Shown: positions 9,915-19,232 of the stretch, piece by piece
How the letters are laid out: each line of letters opens with the position of its first letter
Position numbering within the stretch: the stretch's first letter is position 1
Assembly (NCBI GenBank): GCA_014377625.1
Contig: JACMPG010000012.1
Location: 191 to 64,190, forward strand
DNA: 64,000 bases
Direction: 5' to 3'
DNA from: Spirosoma sp.
GTDB lineage: Bacteria; Bacteroidota; Bacteroidia; Cytophagales; Spirosomataceae
Translations under genes and position numbers: made by a program
The notes under the pieces: model-generated
Told to the model about the DNA's origin: nothing
Databases searched by the model: none
The model's input: only the letters and a program-made list of their open reading frames with translations

Positions 9915-10936
9915 GCATTGGCCCAGTTAATCAACTGTTCAGCCGTTTGAGCGGGATTATCTTCCAAAATTTCCAGCGGAAATACGTTGGCCTGATTGCG
10001 CTGACTCAGGCCGTACAGATACGCTTTGTCGTAATAGTCCAGCGTCAGGTCGGCAACGATAGCGTAGTTCTGCTGCGCGAGGGCGTCGAGGGCCTGCTGC
10101 GTAATTTGACCGCCAAGCCGTTTACGTATGCGTTCGGTGGCTTCGATGAGCAGTTCGTGGTCGATACCCGTGTATTCGCGGACTAATCGCTCAACCCGAA
10201 CGACTTTCGGCACATCGACAACGGCAACCGGCGCGGCCCGCATCTGATGCCAGAGCGGCATCGGTACAAAACATGAGCCAACGTTGCGGCTTTCATCTTC
10301 GAGCCAGATTGTCCTATTTCTGTCCAGCCGCTGCCACTCCTGAAAAATCAAATTCTCAAACTGTTCGGACGATGGTTGCGGCAATTGCCCGATGGCTCCG
10401 TAGCTGGAGCCTTTATGATTGGCCAGCCCTTCGAGGTCGATGATTTGTTCGCCCTGAGCGGCCAGTTGGTGCAGAATGTCAGTTTTGCCGCTGCCGGTTT
10501 TGCCTCCCAAAATGAGCAGATTGCGAGGCTCGGTAAAAGCTGCCAGCACTACGTTGCGATACGCTTTGTAGCCGCCGGTTAGTATGGCCGGACTGAGACC
10601 CGCCGTTTGCAGCAGCCACGCAAACGAGCCGCTGCGCATGCCCCCCCGCCAGCAATGCACCAGCACCTGCCCCCCGCTGCCGTGGCTCAGCCTACGCGCC
10701 TGACGCACAAAATCGGCCAGTTTCGGCCCGACAAACTCCAGCCCCATCAAAACGGCATGGTCTTTTCCGGCCTGCTTATAGCGCGTCCCAACTTTGGCCC
10801 GCTCGTCGTTGTCGAACAACGGGATGTTGACCGCACCGGGCACGTGCGCCCGCGCAAACTCGCCCGGCGACCGCACGTCGATGACGGGTAGCGTTTCGGC
10901 CTGTTTCAAAAATTCATCGACGGGGAACTGGGTCAT
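9887..10936 (-). CDS. mnmH: tRNA 2-selenouridine/geranyl-2-thiouridine synthase
   Basis: Rhodanese DVRSPGEF, CWRGGMRS; P-loop GKTGSGKT; DLEGLANHKGS; EDESR. Confidence 0.93.
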   Translation of the reverse strand: MTQFPVDEFLKQAETLPVIDVRSPGEFARAHVPGAVNIPLFDNDERAKVGTRYKQAGKDHAVLMGLEFVGPKLADFVRQARRLSHGSGGQVLVHCWRGGMRSGSFAWLLQTAGLSPAILTGGYKAYRNVVLAAFTEPRNLLILGGKTGSGKTDILHQLAAQGEQIIDLEGLANHKGSSYGAIGQLPQPSSEQFENLIFQEWQRLDRNRTIWLEDESRNVGSCFVPMPLWHQMRAAPVAVVDVPKVVRVERLVREYTGIDHELLIEATERIRKRLGGQITQQALDALAQQNYAIVADLTLDYYDKAYLYGLSQRNQANVFPLEILEDNPAQTAEQLINWANAYAANEVLR

Positions 10937-10942
10937 ATTTTT

Positions 10943-11036
10943 AACACAGAGGAATGGAGGTTTCACAGATAGAACAGAGCTATTTACCGTTAGAACTCTC
11001 TCTATTCTCTCTGTGAAACCTCCATTCCTCTGTGTT
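10943..11036. repeat. AACACAGAG-type long palindrome (REP-like)
   Basis: 27-bp perfect IR 10943-10969/11010-11036. Confidence 0.85.
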
Positions 11037-11752
11037 TAGTTTGAAAGTTCGCGCCGGTATAACTGAATCGTATTTTCCAGACCCAAATACAGCGCGTCGC
11101 TGATGAGGGCGTGTCCGATGGATACTTCGAGCAGCCCCGGCACCTGTTCGGCAAAATAGCGCAGGTTGTCCAGACTCAAATCATGGCCCGCGTTCAGGCC
11201 CAAGCCGAGTTGCTGAGCACGTTGGGCGGCTTTAACAAATGGCGCGACGGCAGCAGCGCGGTCATCGAAATACTGAGTTGCGTAGGGTTCGGTATAGAGT
11301 TCAATGCGGTCGGTACCAACGGCTTTAGCACCCTCAACCATACGTTCATCGGCGTCCACGAAAATGGATACCCGAATACCGTCGGCTTTGAACGTATCGA
11401 CCAGATGCCTGAGGTGGTCAGCGTGGCGGATGGTGTCCCAACCGGCGTTTGACGTAATGGCGTCGGGCGCATCAGGAACGAGCGTGACCTGAGCGGGCTT
11501 TACACGCTTGACCAACTCAATGAAGCGGTCATCGGGGTTACCTTCTATGTTGAATTCGGTAGTAACGACTTCGGCCAAATCCAGTACGTCCTGGTAACGA
11601 ATATGGCGTTCGTCGGGGCGCGGATGCACCGTGATGCCCTGCGCCCCGAAACGTTCGCAGTCGAGGGCTACCTTCACAAGATTCGGATTATCGCTACCCC
11701 GCGCATTGCGCAATGTGGCAATTTTGTTGATATTGACAGAAAGACGGGTCAT
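11036..11752 (-). CDS. pdxJ: Pyridoxine 5'-phosphate synthase
   Basis: [42 protein letters not shown]. Confidence 0.96.
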   Translation of the reverse strand: MTRLSVNINKIATLRNARGSDNPNLVKVALDCERFGAQGITVHPRPDERHIRYQDVLDLAEVVTTEFNIEGNPDDRFIELVKRVKPAQVTLVPDAPDAITSNAGWDTIRHADHLRHLVDTFKADGIRVSIFVDADERMVEGAKAVGTDRIELYTEPYATQYFDDRAAAVAPFVKAAQRAQQLGLGLNAGHDLSLDNLRYFAEQVPGLLEVSIGHALISDALYLGLENTIQLYRRELSN

Positions 11753-11821
11753 GGGGAAAATTATGATCGGATCGCCGACGGTCGGTCGCTGCCGTGCGAT
11801 TATGAATAATACCTGAATTCG

Positions 11822-11829
11822 TAACTTTG
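11822..11829 (+). promoter_or_regulatory. Sigma70 -7 element for yqeY-cvpA-rlmN
   Basis: TAACTTTG upstream of ATG 11897. Confidence 0.55.
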
Positions 11830-11896
11830 CCCAATGATGCTTGGTTCAGGCTGAACGCATTCATCATTCTTCATTCATAATTCATCATTAAAGGAT

Positions 11897-12346
11897 ATGT
11901 CGCTCAAACAACAAATCGACGCTGATATTAAGGACGCCATGCGGGCTAAAGACCAGGATAAACTACGCGCCTTACGCGCCGTGAAATCGCTGATTTTGCT
12001 CGAAGAAACCAAAGAAGGACAAATCGGCGAACTCAAGCCCGAAGACGAAACGAAGATTCTGACCAAAGCGGTGAAGCAACGCAAAGACTCGGCAGACATC
12101 TATCGTACTCAGAACCGCGCTGACCTGCTTGCCACCGAAGAAGCTGAAATTGCCGTTATCGAAAAGTACCTACCCCAGCAACTCACCGACGATGAACTGA
12201 CCGAAAAGCTCGAAGATATCATTATTCGGGTGGGTGCGTCGGCTCCGTCAGACATGGGTAAGGTTATGGGGGTAGCCAGTAAAGAACTGGCCGGACAAGC
12301 CGAGGGCAAAGCCATTTCGGCAAAAGTAAAGTCGCTGCTGAGTTGA
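11897..12346 (+). CDS. GatB/YqeY domain protein
   Basis: DIKDAMRAKD, KQRKDS, YLPQQL, DMGKVMG. Confidence 0.92.
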   Translation: MSLKQQIDADIKDAMRAKDQDKLRALRAVKSLILLEETKEGQIGELKPEDETKILTKAVKQRKDSADIYRTQNRADLLATEEAEIAVIEKYLPQQLTDDELTEKLEDIIIRVGASAPSDMGKVMGVASKELAGQAEGKAISAKVKSLLS

Positions 12347-12867
12347 ACTCGCTCGATTTATTCATGGTCATTCCGCTGGCGTGGGGTGCGGTGAACGGCT
12401 ACCGAAAAGGGTTGCTGGTTGAAGTCGTGGGCGTCATTGCGTTTGTGGTGGCCATGATTGTCGGGTTCAAGTTTCTGGGGTTCGGCATTGATTTACTCAG
12501 CCCGTACATCAGTCGCGAACTGGCCCGTAAACTGTTGCCCTGGCTTGGCTTTTCACTTATTTTTTTTCCAACCATCTACCTCGTCAACCAGATGGGGTTT
12601 GCCCTCCGGCGGTCTCTGAAATACTCCATCCTCGGCACGTTCGATAGCCTGGCGGGGGCCGTGGTGGGTTTGTTTACGTGGGTGTTTGGAATTAGTGTAA
12701 TCCTCTGGCTGTTAAGTTTCATGAACGTCAGGCTACCCGCCAAACATACCGAAGGTGCGTTTCTTTACCCGCATATCCGGCCCATTGCGCCACAGGTCAT
12801 GGATAAAGCCGCTGTGTGGGTACCCAAAACGCTGGAGCAGGGAAGAAACTGGCAGTCGGGCAACTGA
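12343..12867 (+). CDS. CvpA family membrane protein
   Basis: GYRKGL, D.LAGAVVG, 4 TM segments. Confidence 0.85.
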   Translation: MNSLDLFMVIPLAWGAVNGYRKGLLVEVVGVIAFVVAMIVGFKFLGFGIDLLSPYISRELARKLLPWLGFSLIFFPTIYLVNQMGFALRRSLKYSILGTFDSLAGAVVGLFTWVFGISVILWLLSFMNVRLPAKHTEGAFLYPHIRPIAPQVMDKAAVWVPKTLEQGRNWQSGN

Positions 12868-12872
12868 ACACT

Positions 12873-13940
12873 ATGAACATAACAGCAACGACCATAAAAC
12901 AGGACATTCGCAAGGTAAGCCCGGCGCAGTTGACCGACTGGCTTACCGGGCAGGGGCAACCGGGATTCCGGGCGAAGCAGATTCAGGAATGGCTCTGGAA
13001 AAAATCGGCGACATCGTTTTCGCAGATGACCAACCTGCCCCTGCCCATCCGCGAACTGCTCGACACGCATTACGAAATCCGCCCGCTTACAGTTGACCAG
13101 CAACAGCGGAGCAACGACGGGACCATAAAGTCGTCGTTTCGGCTGTTCGATGGCAATCTGGTAGAGGGCGTTCTGATTCCGGCCTTACGTCACGACGATA
13201 CGGATAGGATGACGGCCTGTGTTTCTTCGCAGGTGGGCTGCTCACTGACATGCAAATTCTGCGCGACGGGCTATATGGACCGGAAACGCAATCTGGATGC
13301 CGCCGAAATTTACGATCAGGTGGTGGCCATCGACCGGCAATCGCGCGAGACCTACGACGTACCACTGTCCAACATCGTGTATATGGGCATGGGCGAACCG
13401 CTGCTGAACTACAAAAACGTGCTGGAATCCATTGACCGCATCACATCACCCAACGGCCTGGGTATGTCGCCGAAGCGGATTACGGTCAGTACGGCAGGTA
13501 TCGCCAAAATGATTCGGCAGCTCGGCGACGATGGGGTAAAGTTCAACCTCGCCCTCTCGCTGCACGCGGCCAATGATGCCAAACGCGACACCATCATGCC
13601 CATCAACGAAAGCAACACGCTGGCCGCGCTGGGCGACGCGCTAAGTTATTTCTACCAGAAAACCGGCACTCGCGTTACGTTTGAGTACATCCTGTTCTAC
13701 AACTTCAACGACACGTTGCAGGATGCTGAGGAGCTTTGGAAATTCACGAAGCGCGTACCGGCCAAGGTCAACATCATCGAGTATAACCCCATTGCCGAAG
13801 CCAGTTTCAAAAATACCGACCCCCAAACACTGGATCGATTTGCGGCCTATCTCGAGCAAAAGGGTGTAATGGTAAACGTACGACGAAGCCGCGGCAAAGA
13901 CATCGACGCGGCCTGCGGGCAGCTGGCGGGCAAGAAGTAA
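12873..13940 (+). CDS. rlmN: Dual-specificity RNA methyltransferase RlmN
   Basis: CVSSQVGCSLTCKFCATG, MGMGEP, DIDAACGQL. Confidence 0.96.
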   Translation: MNITATTIKQDIRKVSPAQLTDWLTGQGQPGFRAKQIQEWLWKKSATSFSQMTNLPLPIRELLDTHYEIRPLTVDQQQRSNDGTIKSSFRLFDGNLVEGVLIPALRHDDTDRMTACVSSQVGCSLTCKFCATGYMDRKRNLDAAEIYDQVVAIDRQSRETYDVPLSNIVYMGMGEPLLNYKNVLESIDRITSPNGLGMSPKRITVSTAGIAKMIRQLGDDGVKFNLALSLHAANDAKRDTIMPINESNTLAALGDALSYFYQKTGTRVTFEYILFYNFNDTLQDAEELWKFTKRVPAKVNIIEYNPIAEASFKNTDPQTLDRFAAYLEQKGVMVNVRRSRGKDIDAACGQLAGKK

Positions 13941-13941
13941 C

Positions 13942-13989
13942 TACGTAACAATTACGTAACATGGGTTGCGGGGCTTTACGTTACTTTTG
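13942..13989 (+). promoter_or_regulatory. Pho-box-like direct repeat plus -7 element upstream of phosphate transporter
   Basis: TACGTAACA twice with 11-bp period (13942, 13953); TACTTTTG at 13982-13989. Confidence 0.55.
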
Positions 13990-14045
13990 TGGTAGTCATT
14001 GGCTTACGGTCCTGCCGCTGGCCTCTCCACCGAAGCGATCACCTT

Positions 14046-15461
14046 ATGTTTGGTTTAGAGACGGATATTTTTATCCTCCTGTTTGTCAGTCTGTTGGCTG
14101 CGTGTGCCTTTGAATTTGTCAATGGTTTTCACGATACCGCCAACGCCGTGGCCACCGTTATTTACACCAATGCCCTCAAGCCAACCATTGCGGTTGTTTT
14201 GTCGGGCATTTTCAATTTTATAGGGGTTTTGCTGGGCGGTATCGGCGTGGCAATGGGTATTGTCAACCTACTGCCTATTGAGTTACTGGTTGACCAGAAC
14301 GTGTATCACAGCCTGGCGATGGTGTTCGCGCTGTTGCTGAGTGCCATTATCTGGAACGTAGGTACGTGGTATTTTGGCCTGCCAAGTTCGAGTTCGCACA
14401 CGCTGATTGGTTCCATTCTGGGCGTTGGGCTGGCTTTTTCTACGCTGGGCGTGAGTGACGGGGGTGTAAACTGGGAAAAAGCCATCGAAACGGGTTACGC
14501 CCTACTATTGTCGCCATTACTCGGCTTTAGTCTCGTCATCGTCCTGATGTTTCTGATTCGGCGGGTTGTGCCGGAAGAGAACAAAGTGCAACTTTTTAAG
14601 GAGCCAAAGAAAAATACCCCACCACCCACCTGGATTCGCACTATTCTGATCGCTACTTGCTCCATGGTCAGTTTTGTACACGGCAGTAACGACGGGCAAA
14701 AGGGAGTAGGTCTGGTCATGCTGATTCTGATTGGCGTTGTACCGTTTCAATTTGCTATTAAACCCGGCCTCGACCCGGTTCTCATGCAGGGTAACATTGT
14801 CGGTATTGAGCAGACCATCAATGCCCTGAACCCCAGCCAGCTATCAGGCACCAACCGTGACCGGCTGACCCGCGTCCGTACGGAACTGACCGAATTAAAA
14901 AAACTGGTTGCTACGCCAACGGCAGATAAAGAAATCCCGAAAGAAAAGCGGTTAGACGTACGGCGTGATTTACTATTGATTAACAGCAACATGAACAAAA
15001 TTGCCGAGGACGAAGGAGCCAATCTCAGTTCGAAGCAGATGGATGTACTGAAAGCCAGTCTTAGCGAAAAAGATGGTCTGCGACGCTTTACCGATTACGC
15101 TCCGCTGTGGGTTATTTTGATGATTGCTGTCTCACTGGGTCTGGGTACCATGATTGGCTGGCGCAGAATTGTGGTGACGGTAGGCGAAAAGATTGGGAAG
15201 CAACACCTAACCTACGCGCAGGGAGCCTCGGCAGAACTCACAGCCGCAGTCATGATTGGCCTGGCATCCTGGATGAAACTACCCGTCAGCACTACGCACG
15301 TACTGTCGTCGGGTATTGCGGGTAGTATGGTGGCAAGCAAAGGCATCAAAAACCTTCAGGCCAGCACAGTACGCAATATTGCCCTCGCCTGGGTGCTGAC
15401 GCTGCCCGTTTCGGTCCTGCTCTCGTTCACCCTGTTCCTGTTCTTCCGCTGGCTTTTCTAA
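14046..15461 (+). CDS. PiT family inorganic phosphate transporter
   Basis: NGFHDTANAVAT, PSSSSH, HGSNDGQK, PVSTTH. Confidence 0.93.
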   Translation: MFGLETDIFILLFVSLLAACAFEFVNGFHDTANAVATVIYTNALKPTIAVVLSGIFNFIGVLLGGIGVAMGIVNLLPIELLVDQNVYHSLAMVFALLLSAIIWNVGTWYFGLPSSSSHTLIGSILGVGLAFSTLGVSDGGVNWEKAIETGYALLLSPLLGFSLVIVLMFLIRRVVPEENKVQLFKEPKKNTPPPTWIRTILIATCSMVSFVHGSNDGQKGVGLVMLILIGVVPFQFAIKPGLDPVLMQGNIVGIEQTINALNPSQLSGTNRDRLTRVRTELTELKKLVATPTADKEIPKEKRLDVRRDLLLINSNMNKIAEDEGANLSSKQMDVLKASLSEKDGLRRFTDYAPLWVILMIAVSLGLGTMIGWRRIVVTVGEKIGKQHLTYAQGASAELTAAVMIGLASWMKLPVSTTHVLSSGIAGSMVASKGIKNLQASTVRNIALAWVLTLPVSVLLSFTLFLFFRWLF

Positions 15462-15466
15462 GAGAA

Positions 15467-15532
15467 TTATAAAGTTGTAGGGTTGGCTGACGCCAGATTA
15501 TTCATGCGTCAGCCAACCCTACAACTTTATAA
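15467..15532. repeat. GCTGACGC palindromic element (second copy)
   Basis: 27-bp perfect IR 15467-15493/15506-15532; loop is the near reverse complement of the 6188-6199 loop. Confidence 0.8.
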
Positions 15533-15537
15533 CTTTT

Positions 15538-16341
15538 TCATTTCACCCATTCCGGAGCGTCCTGCTCAATGGCGTGACGGACGCGGGCTACAATGTCTTC
15601 GACGGTATCCTCGGGGCCGTAGGGCATAGGTTCTTTGAAGCGGACCGAAAGCAGCGTATTCCGTTTTTTAAAGCGTAGTCCTTTCTTATCGAATGCCCGT
15701 CGGAACCCATTGATTACAATGGGGATGACAATGGGCTGATTGTCGAGGATGAGGTGGCCGGTTCCTTTGCGGATGGGTGCGTAGGGGCTGGTGGTACCCT
15801 GCGGAAAACTGACGACCCAGCCGTGGGCCAGTGCCTGGGTGATCTTATCCGTAGCCGACGTATCGACCGACCGCTGCACCTCACGCCCCTCGGCCCGCCA
15901 TGACCGCTCGATGGTAATGGCTCCGCCAGCCGCAAACAAACGCGGTAAAATCCCTTTCTGCATTGTTTCTGAGGCCGCTACGTAATACTGCCGGGCGCGG
16001 GGGCCAAGCAGGTACATGGGAGGCAACAACGTGTTTTGAAAGCCCCACTTTACAGCGCAGAAAATTTGAAAGAAGGCAATCACATCGGCGAAATACGTCT
16101 GGTGATTCGACAGAAACAGGACGTTGTTGATAGGCAGATTTTCTAAGTTCTCCGTGCCTTCAATCTGAATGCGGTTCACAACTGTGTAGCGGGCATACGT
16201 AGCCCAGCCGATAATACCAATCAGTATCCGCCTGACCAGTAGCGAACTCCCGAACGGATCGCTTTCAAACAGACCCAGCACATCGAGCGGCATCAGGAAT
16301 TTGGGCAGGTAGCTGAATTTAGTGGGTTTAACGTATTTCAT
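15538..16341 (-). CDS. Lysophospholipid/1-acylglycerol-3-phosphate acyltransferase
   Basis: SNHQTYFAD (HxxxxD), FPQGT. Confidence 0.85.
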   Translation of the reverse strand: MKYVKPTKFSYLPKFLMPLDVLGLFESDPFGSSLLVRRILIGIIGWATYARYTVVNRIQIEGTENLENLPINNVLFLSNHQTYFADVIAFFQIFCAVKWGFQNTLLPPMYLLGPRARQYYVAASETMQKGILPRLFAAGGAITIERSWRAEGREVQRSVDTSATDKITQALAHGWVVSFPQGTTSPYAPIRKGTGHLILDNQPIVIPIVINGFRRAFDKKGLRFKKRNTLLSVRFKEPMPYGPEDTVEDIVARVRHAIEQDAPEWVK

Positions 16342-16562
16342 ACTGGTGGGGTGTCGGTATCGAGTAAAGATACAACGATAGCTATACTACCGGGCCAGGC
16401 TGGTGTACCACACAAAAATAGTTTTATCCCCGATTAATCTTTCGATTCGGCTTTGCATCCAACCATCGAACAGCGCAGGATACCACCATTCACTCTTTGT
16501 ATTCTTCTATCCTGATTACCCGCCGTTCGCTTTAATCGTCAACCATTTTTTCTTTTACGACT

Positions 16563-17252
16563 ATGAAACGCATTGCACTCGCCGGCCTCTTTGCCCTTAG
16601 CTCACTTATTACCCAGACCAGTTTTGCACAGGTGCAGATCGGCGTTCGGGGCGGGGCTAACTGGGGGTTTGCCGCCAAACCTGATTTTCTGGGTAGCATC
16701 ACTCCAGACTTTCACCCGGCGGCTGGCCCAACAGGAGCTATTTTTCTTGACATTCCACTCAGCAACCGCGTATCGTTCCGGCCCGAAGTGGCATATGTCC
16801 AAAAGGGCTTTGCCATAAAAGAAGGTTTCAACCTCAACCTCGGCGCGTTTGAGTTACCCCTCGGCGCGCGGATTGCCTACCAGTCCAACACCATTGAGGT
16901 ACCGCTGCTGGCGAAAGTAAACCTATCGACCGGTTCTATACAACCCTACATCATTGCCGGTCCTGCCGTTAGCTACGCCGTTGATGGCCGCGTCAGAACC
17001 CGCGCTACAGCCCTGATTACCACTCGCCCGTTCGACGTGGACGTGAATTACGGCGGTGCGCTGAACCGCTGGGACGTGGGAGCCGTGGGTGGTCTGGGCT
17101 TTGCCATGGATGCCGGCACGGGTAAGTTTTTCATCGAAGGTCGCTACACGCACGGCTTCTCGCGGCAGGTGCAGGTACCTGTAGTAAACGTGAACGTCCG
17201 CAACCGGGGCGTAGCCGTAACGATGGGATACTCTATTCCAATTGGCTTTTGA
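16563..17252 (+). CDS. Outer-membrane beta-barrel (porin family/PorT-like)
   Basis: Signal peptide, alternating beta strands, PEVAYVQKG, IEVPLLAK, terminal F. Confidence 0.8.
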   Translation: MKRIALAGLFALSSLITQTSFAQVQIGVRGGANWGFAAKPDFLGSITPDFHPAAGPTGAIFLDIPLSNRVSFRPEVAYVQKGFAIKEGFNLNLGAFELPLGARIAYQSNTIEVPLLAKVNLSTGSIQPYIIAGPAVSYAVDGRVRTRATALITTRPFDVDVNYGGALNRWDVGAVGGLGFAMDAGTGKFFIEGRYTHGFSRQVQVPVVNVNVRNRGVAVTMGYSIPIGF

Positions 17253-17287
17253 GTTAATCTATTTTGTTGAATCAACCTGAACAGGTA

Positions 17288-17315
17288 AAGGCGGAGCTGC
17301 TTGGCTCTGCCTTTC
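17288..17315. terminator. Bidirectional intrinsic terminator
   Basis: aaaggcggagc...gctctgccttt followed by T-run between convergent genes. Confidence 0.55.
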
Positions 17316-17339
17316 TTTTTGATACAGCATGTAAGCATA

Positions 17340-17555
17340 TCAGTTTGGACTCGGCTTCATCGACTCGTAATCGGACTTGATACGACCCATTTCTTTGGCC
17401 AGAAACGCCTGAAGTTGCTGGTTAAAATCCGTTTTATCGGCGTCGGGCAGGGCCTCGTACAGGTCTTTAAGTTCCTGATTGATAGCAGTCCGGTCGGCGT
17501 CGGAAGCCGCGTTGATGGACCGGATATGATACCGGCGAAAATCGTATTGGGGCAT
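17340..17555 (-). CDS. Small conserved hypothetical protein
   Basis: 71 aa, helical, ATG start, fills the gap between genes. Confidence 0.6.
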   Translation of the reverse strand: MPQYDFRRYHIRSINAASDADRTAINQELKDLYEALPDADKTDFNQQLQAFLAKEMGRIKSDYESMKPSPN

Positions 17556-17569
17556 TGGTGCTAGGCTTC

Positions 17570-18190
17570 TTAAGTTGGCAGATTCTCGAAAACGGTTTTG
17601 AGCAACAGTTCATTCTCATCAACCAGTACCATGTCGCCGGGTTGCGAATGCGTCGTTTCCAGCCATGCATTAGGCTGTTCCGTACGCCTGCAAACCAGTA
17701 CCTGTTGCTCGAACGGGTCAACGAAAACAATCTCCTGCACGGTTTCCATCTGCTCATAGACCCGGCGTTTTACCCCCAAATCGTAGTTCAGTATCGATTC
17801 GGAACGCACTTCTACAATTAGGTACGGATTCGTAATTATGGAGTCAGAACCGGGCTGATAAGCGGGCTAGCCCTTCACGACGACAACATCACCATTATAA
17901 TGCCGTCGCTTACCATCCCGCCGAAGGTCCACGTTGCTCACGGCTACATAGAAAGGGTTGCTGAGATAAAACCCTTTGAGGAGATAAATGATGTTCCTTA
18001 CTAAAACTTCGTGAATGAATCTTGCTAAGCCCATGATAATGATGTGGTCGTTATGGTACTCCGCGCGGTAGTTTGTTTCAGCAAGAAAAGATTCGAACTC
18101 CTCCCACAAAGCTGGAATAGATACCATCTCTCCCGCATCGAGTGCGCTCATCTGCCCCTCGCTTAGTTGTATTTTTTCGACTGTCTGCAT
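17570..18190 (-). pseudogene. Uma2 family endonuclease with in-frame TAG at 17867-17869
   Basis: ...GDVVVVKG* then same frame PAYQPGSDSIITNPYLIVEVRSESILNYDLGVKRR...FENLPT*. Confidence 0.85.
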
Positions 18191-18230
18191 CGGGTGGTGT
18201 ATTCGGTTATTGAACTAAAGTCAAGATACG

Positions 18231-18263
18231 AAAAAAGGCCGCTTTTCAGGCGACCTTTTTTCA
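18231..18263 (-). terminator. Intrinsic terminator after tatC
   Basis: aaaaaaggccgc...gcgacctttttt hairpin. Confidence 0.5.
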
Positions 18264-18277
18264 GCATATTTTCCAAA

Positions 18278-19135
18278 TTAAGACTTCATCAGGGCCTGCT
18301 CATCTTTGAGTTTGGCCCTCATTACGCGGCCCGATACCCAGATGCTCACCTCATACAGTAGAGTTAACGGCAGGGCCACCAGAATCTGGCTGTATAGGTC
18401 GGGCGAGGGTGTGATGACACCTGCTACAATCAGAATAACGACCCAGGCGTGTTTGCGGTATTCACGTAGAAAGGACGGTGTTACAATCCCTACTTTTGAG
18501 AGGACGAATGAGATAATCGGCATCTGAAAAATAAGTCCGCATCCTAATGCCAGCGTTACAACGACCGAGATGTAGGATGTAATATCAATGTTATTTTTGA
18601 TCTGGGGCGATAGCTGGAAATTTACTAAAAAATTGATAGCCAGTGGCGTAACAATGTAATATCCAAACAACATCCCCAGCCCAAACAGCAGCGACACGAA
18701 GAAAACCCCGCCCCGCGCGGCCTGTCTCTCGGCAGGGCGAAGCCCTGGTTTGATAAACCGCCAGACTTCCCAGAATGCGTAAGGAAAAGCAAAACTCAGG
18801 CCCACAAAAAACGATGACGTCAGCGACATCGTGAACTGATCCGATAAGCCCAGGGCCTGTAAAGTAAAGGTGAATTCTTTGACGCACAGATCGGCATAGC
18901 CCGAATAATCGGCCAGTTTGCACATCTGCAGATAGGTCCAGAAATCGGTTTTGGCAGGACCGAGCAGCACCTTGTCAAAAATTTCTTCGATGAAAATAAA
19001 AGCAACAATGGTGAACACCAGAATGGCACCGGCAGCCCGGATAATGTGCCAGCGGAGTTCTTCCAGATGGTCGAGAAAGGTCATCTCCTTCTCGCCCGCT
19101 TCCAATACGTCATCAGTTACCTGGTCGAGTGGCAT
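18278..19135 (-). CDS. tatC: Twin-arginine translocase TatC
   Basis: FLDHLEELR, WRFIKPGL, FQMP, ITPSPD, LLYEVSI. Confidence 0.96.
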   Translation of the reverse strand: MPLDQVTDDVLEAGEKEMTFLDHLEELRWHIIRAAGAILVFTIVAFIFIEEIFDKVLLGPAKTDFWTYLQMCKLADYSGYADLCVKEFTFTLQALGLSDQFTMSLTSSFFVGLSFAFPYAFWEVWRFIKPGLRPAERQAARGGVFFVSLLFGLGMLFGYYIVTPLAINFLVNFQLSPQIKNNIDITSYISVVVTLALGCGLIFQMPIISFVLSKVGIVTPSFLREYRKHAWVVILIVAGVITPSPDLYSQILVALPLTLLYEVSIWVSGRVMRAKLKDEQALMKS

Positions 19136-19232
19136 AATTCAATTGCGAATATTTGAATGAGTGAATCGGTACGCCGACACGGAGTGAATAAAGCGGGTAG
19201 TTCCAGACTATTTGCTCATTCATTCCTCACAA

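Noticed and set aside
9887-10936. Selenium utilisation island
   Set aside because: Only mnmH is present; no selD/selAB, tRNA-Sec or in-frame TGA seen in the window
7008-18190. Amber (TAG) reassignment suggested by in-frame TAGs in the Uma2 genes
   Set aside because: prfA is intact, and TAG is the normal terminator of several complete genes here (dsbD-like, LytTR regulator, GH3, oxidoreductase)
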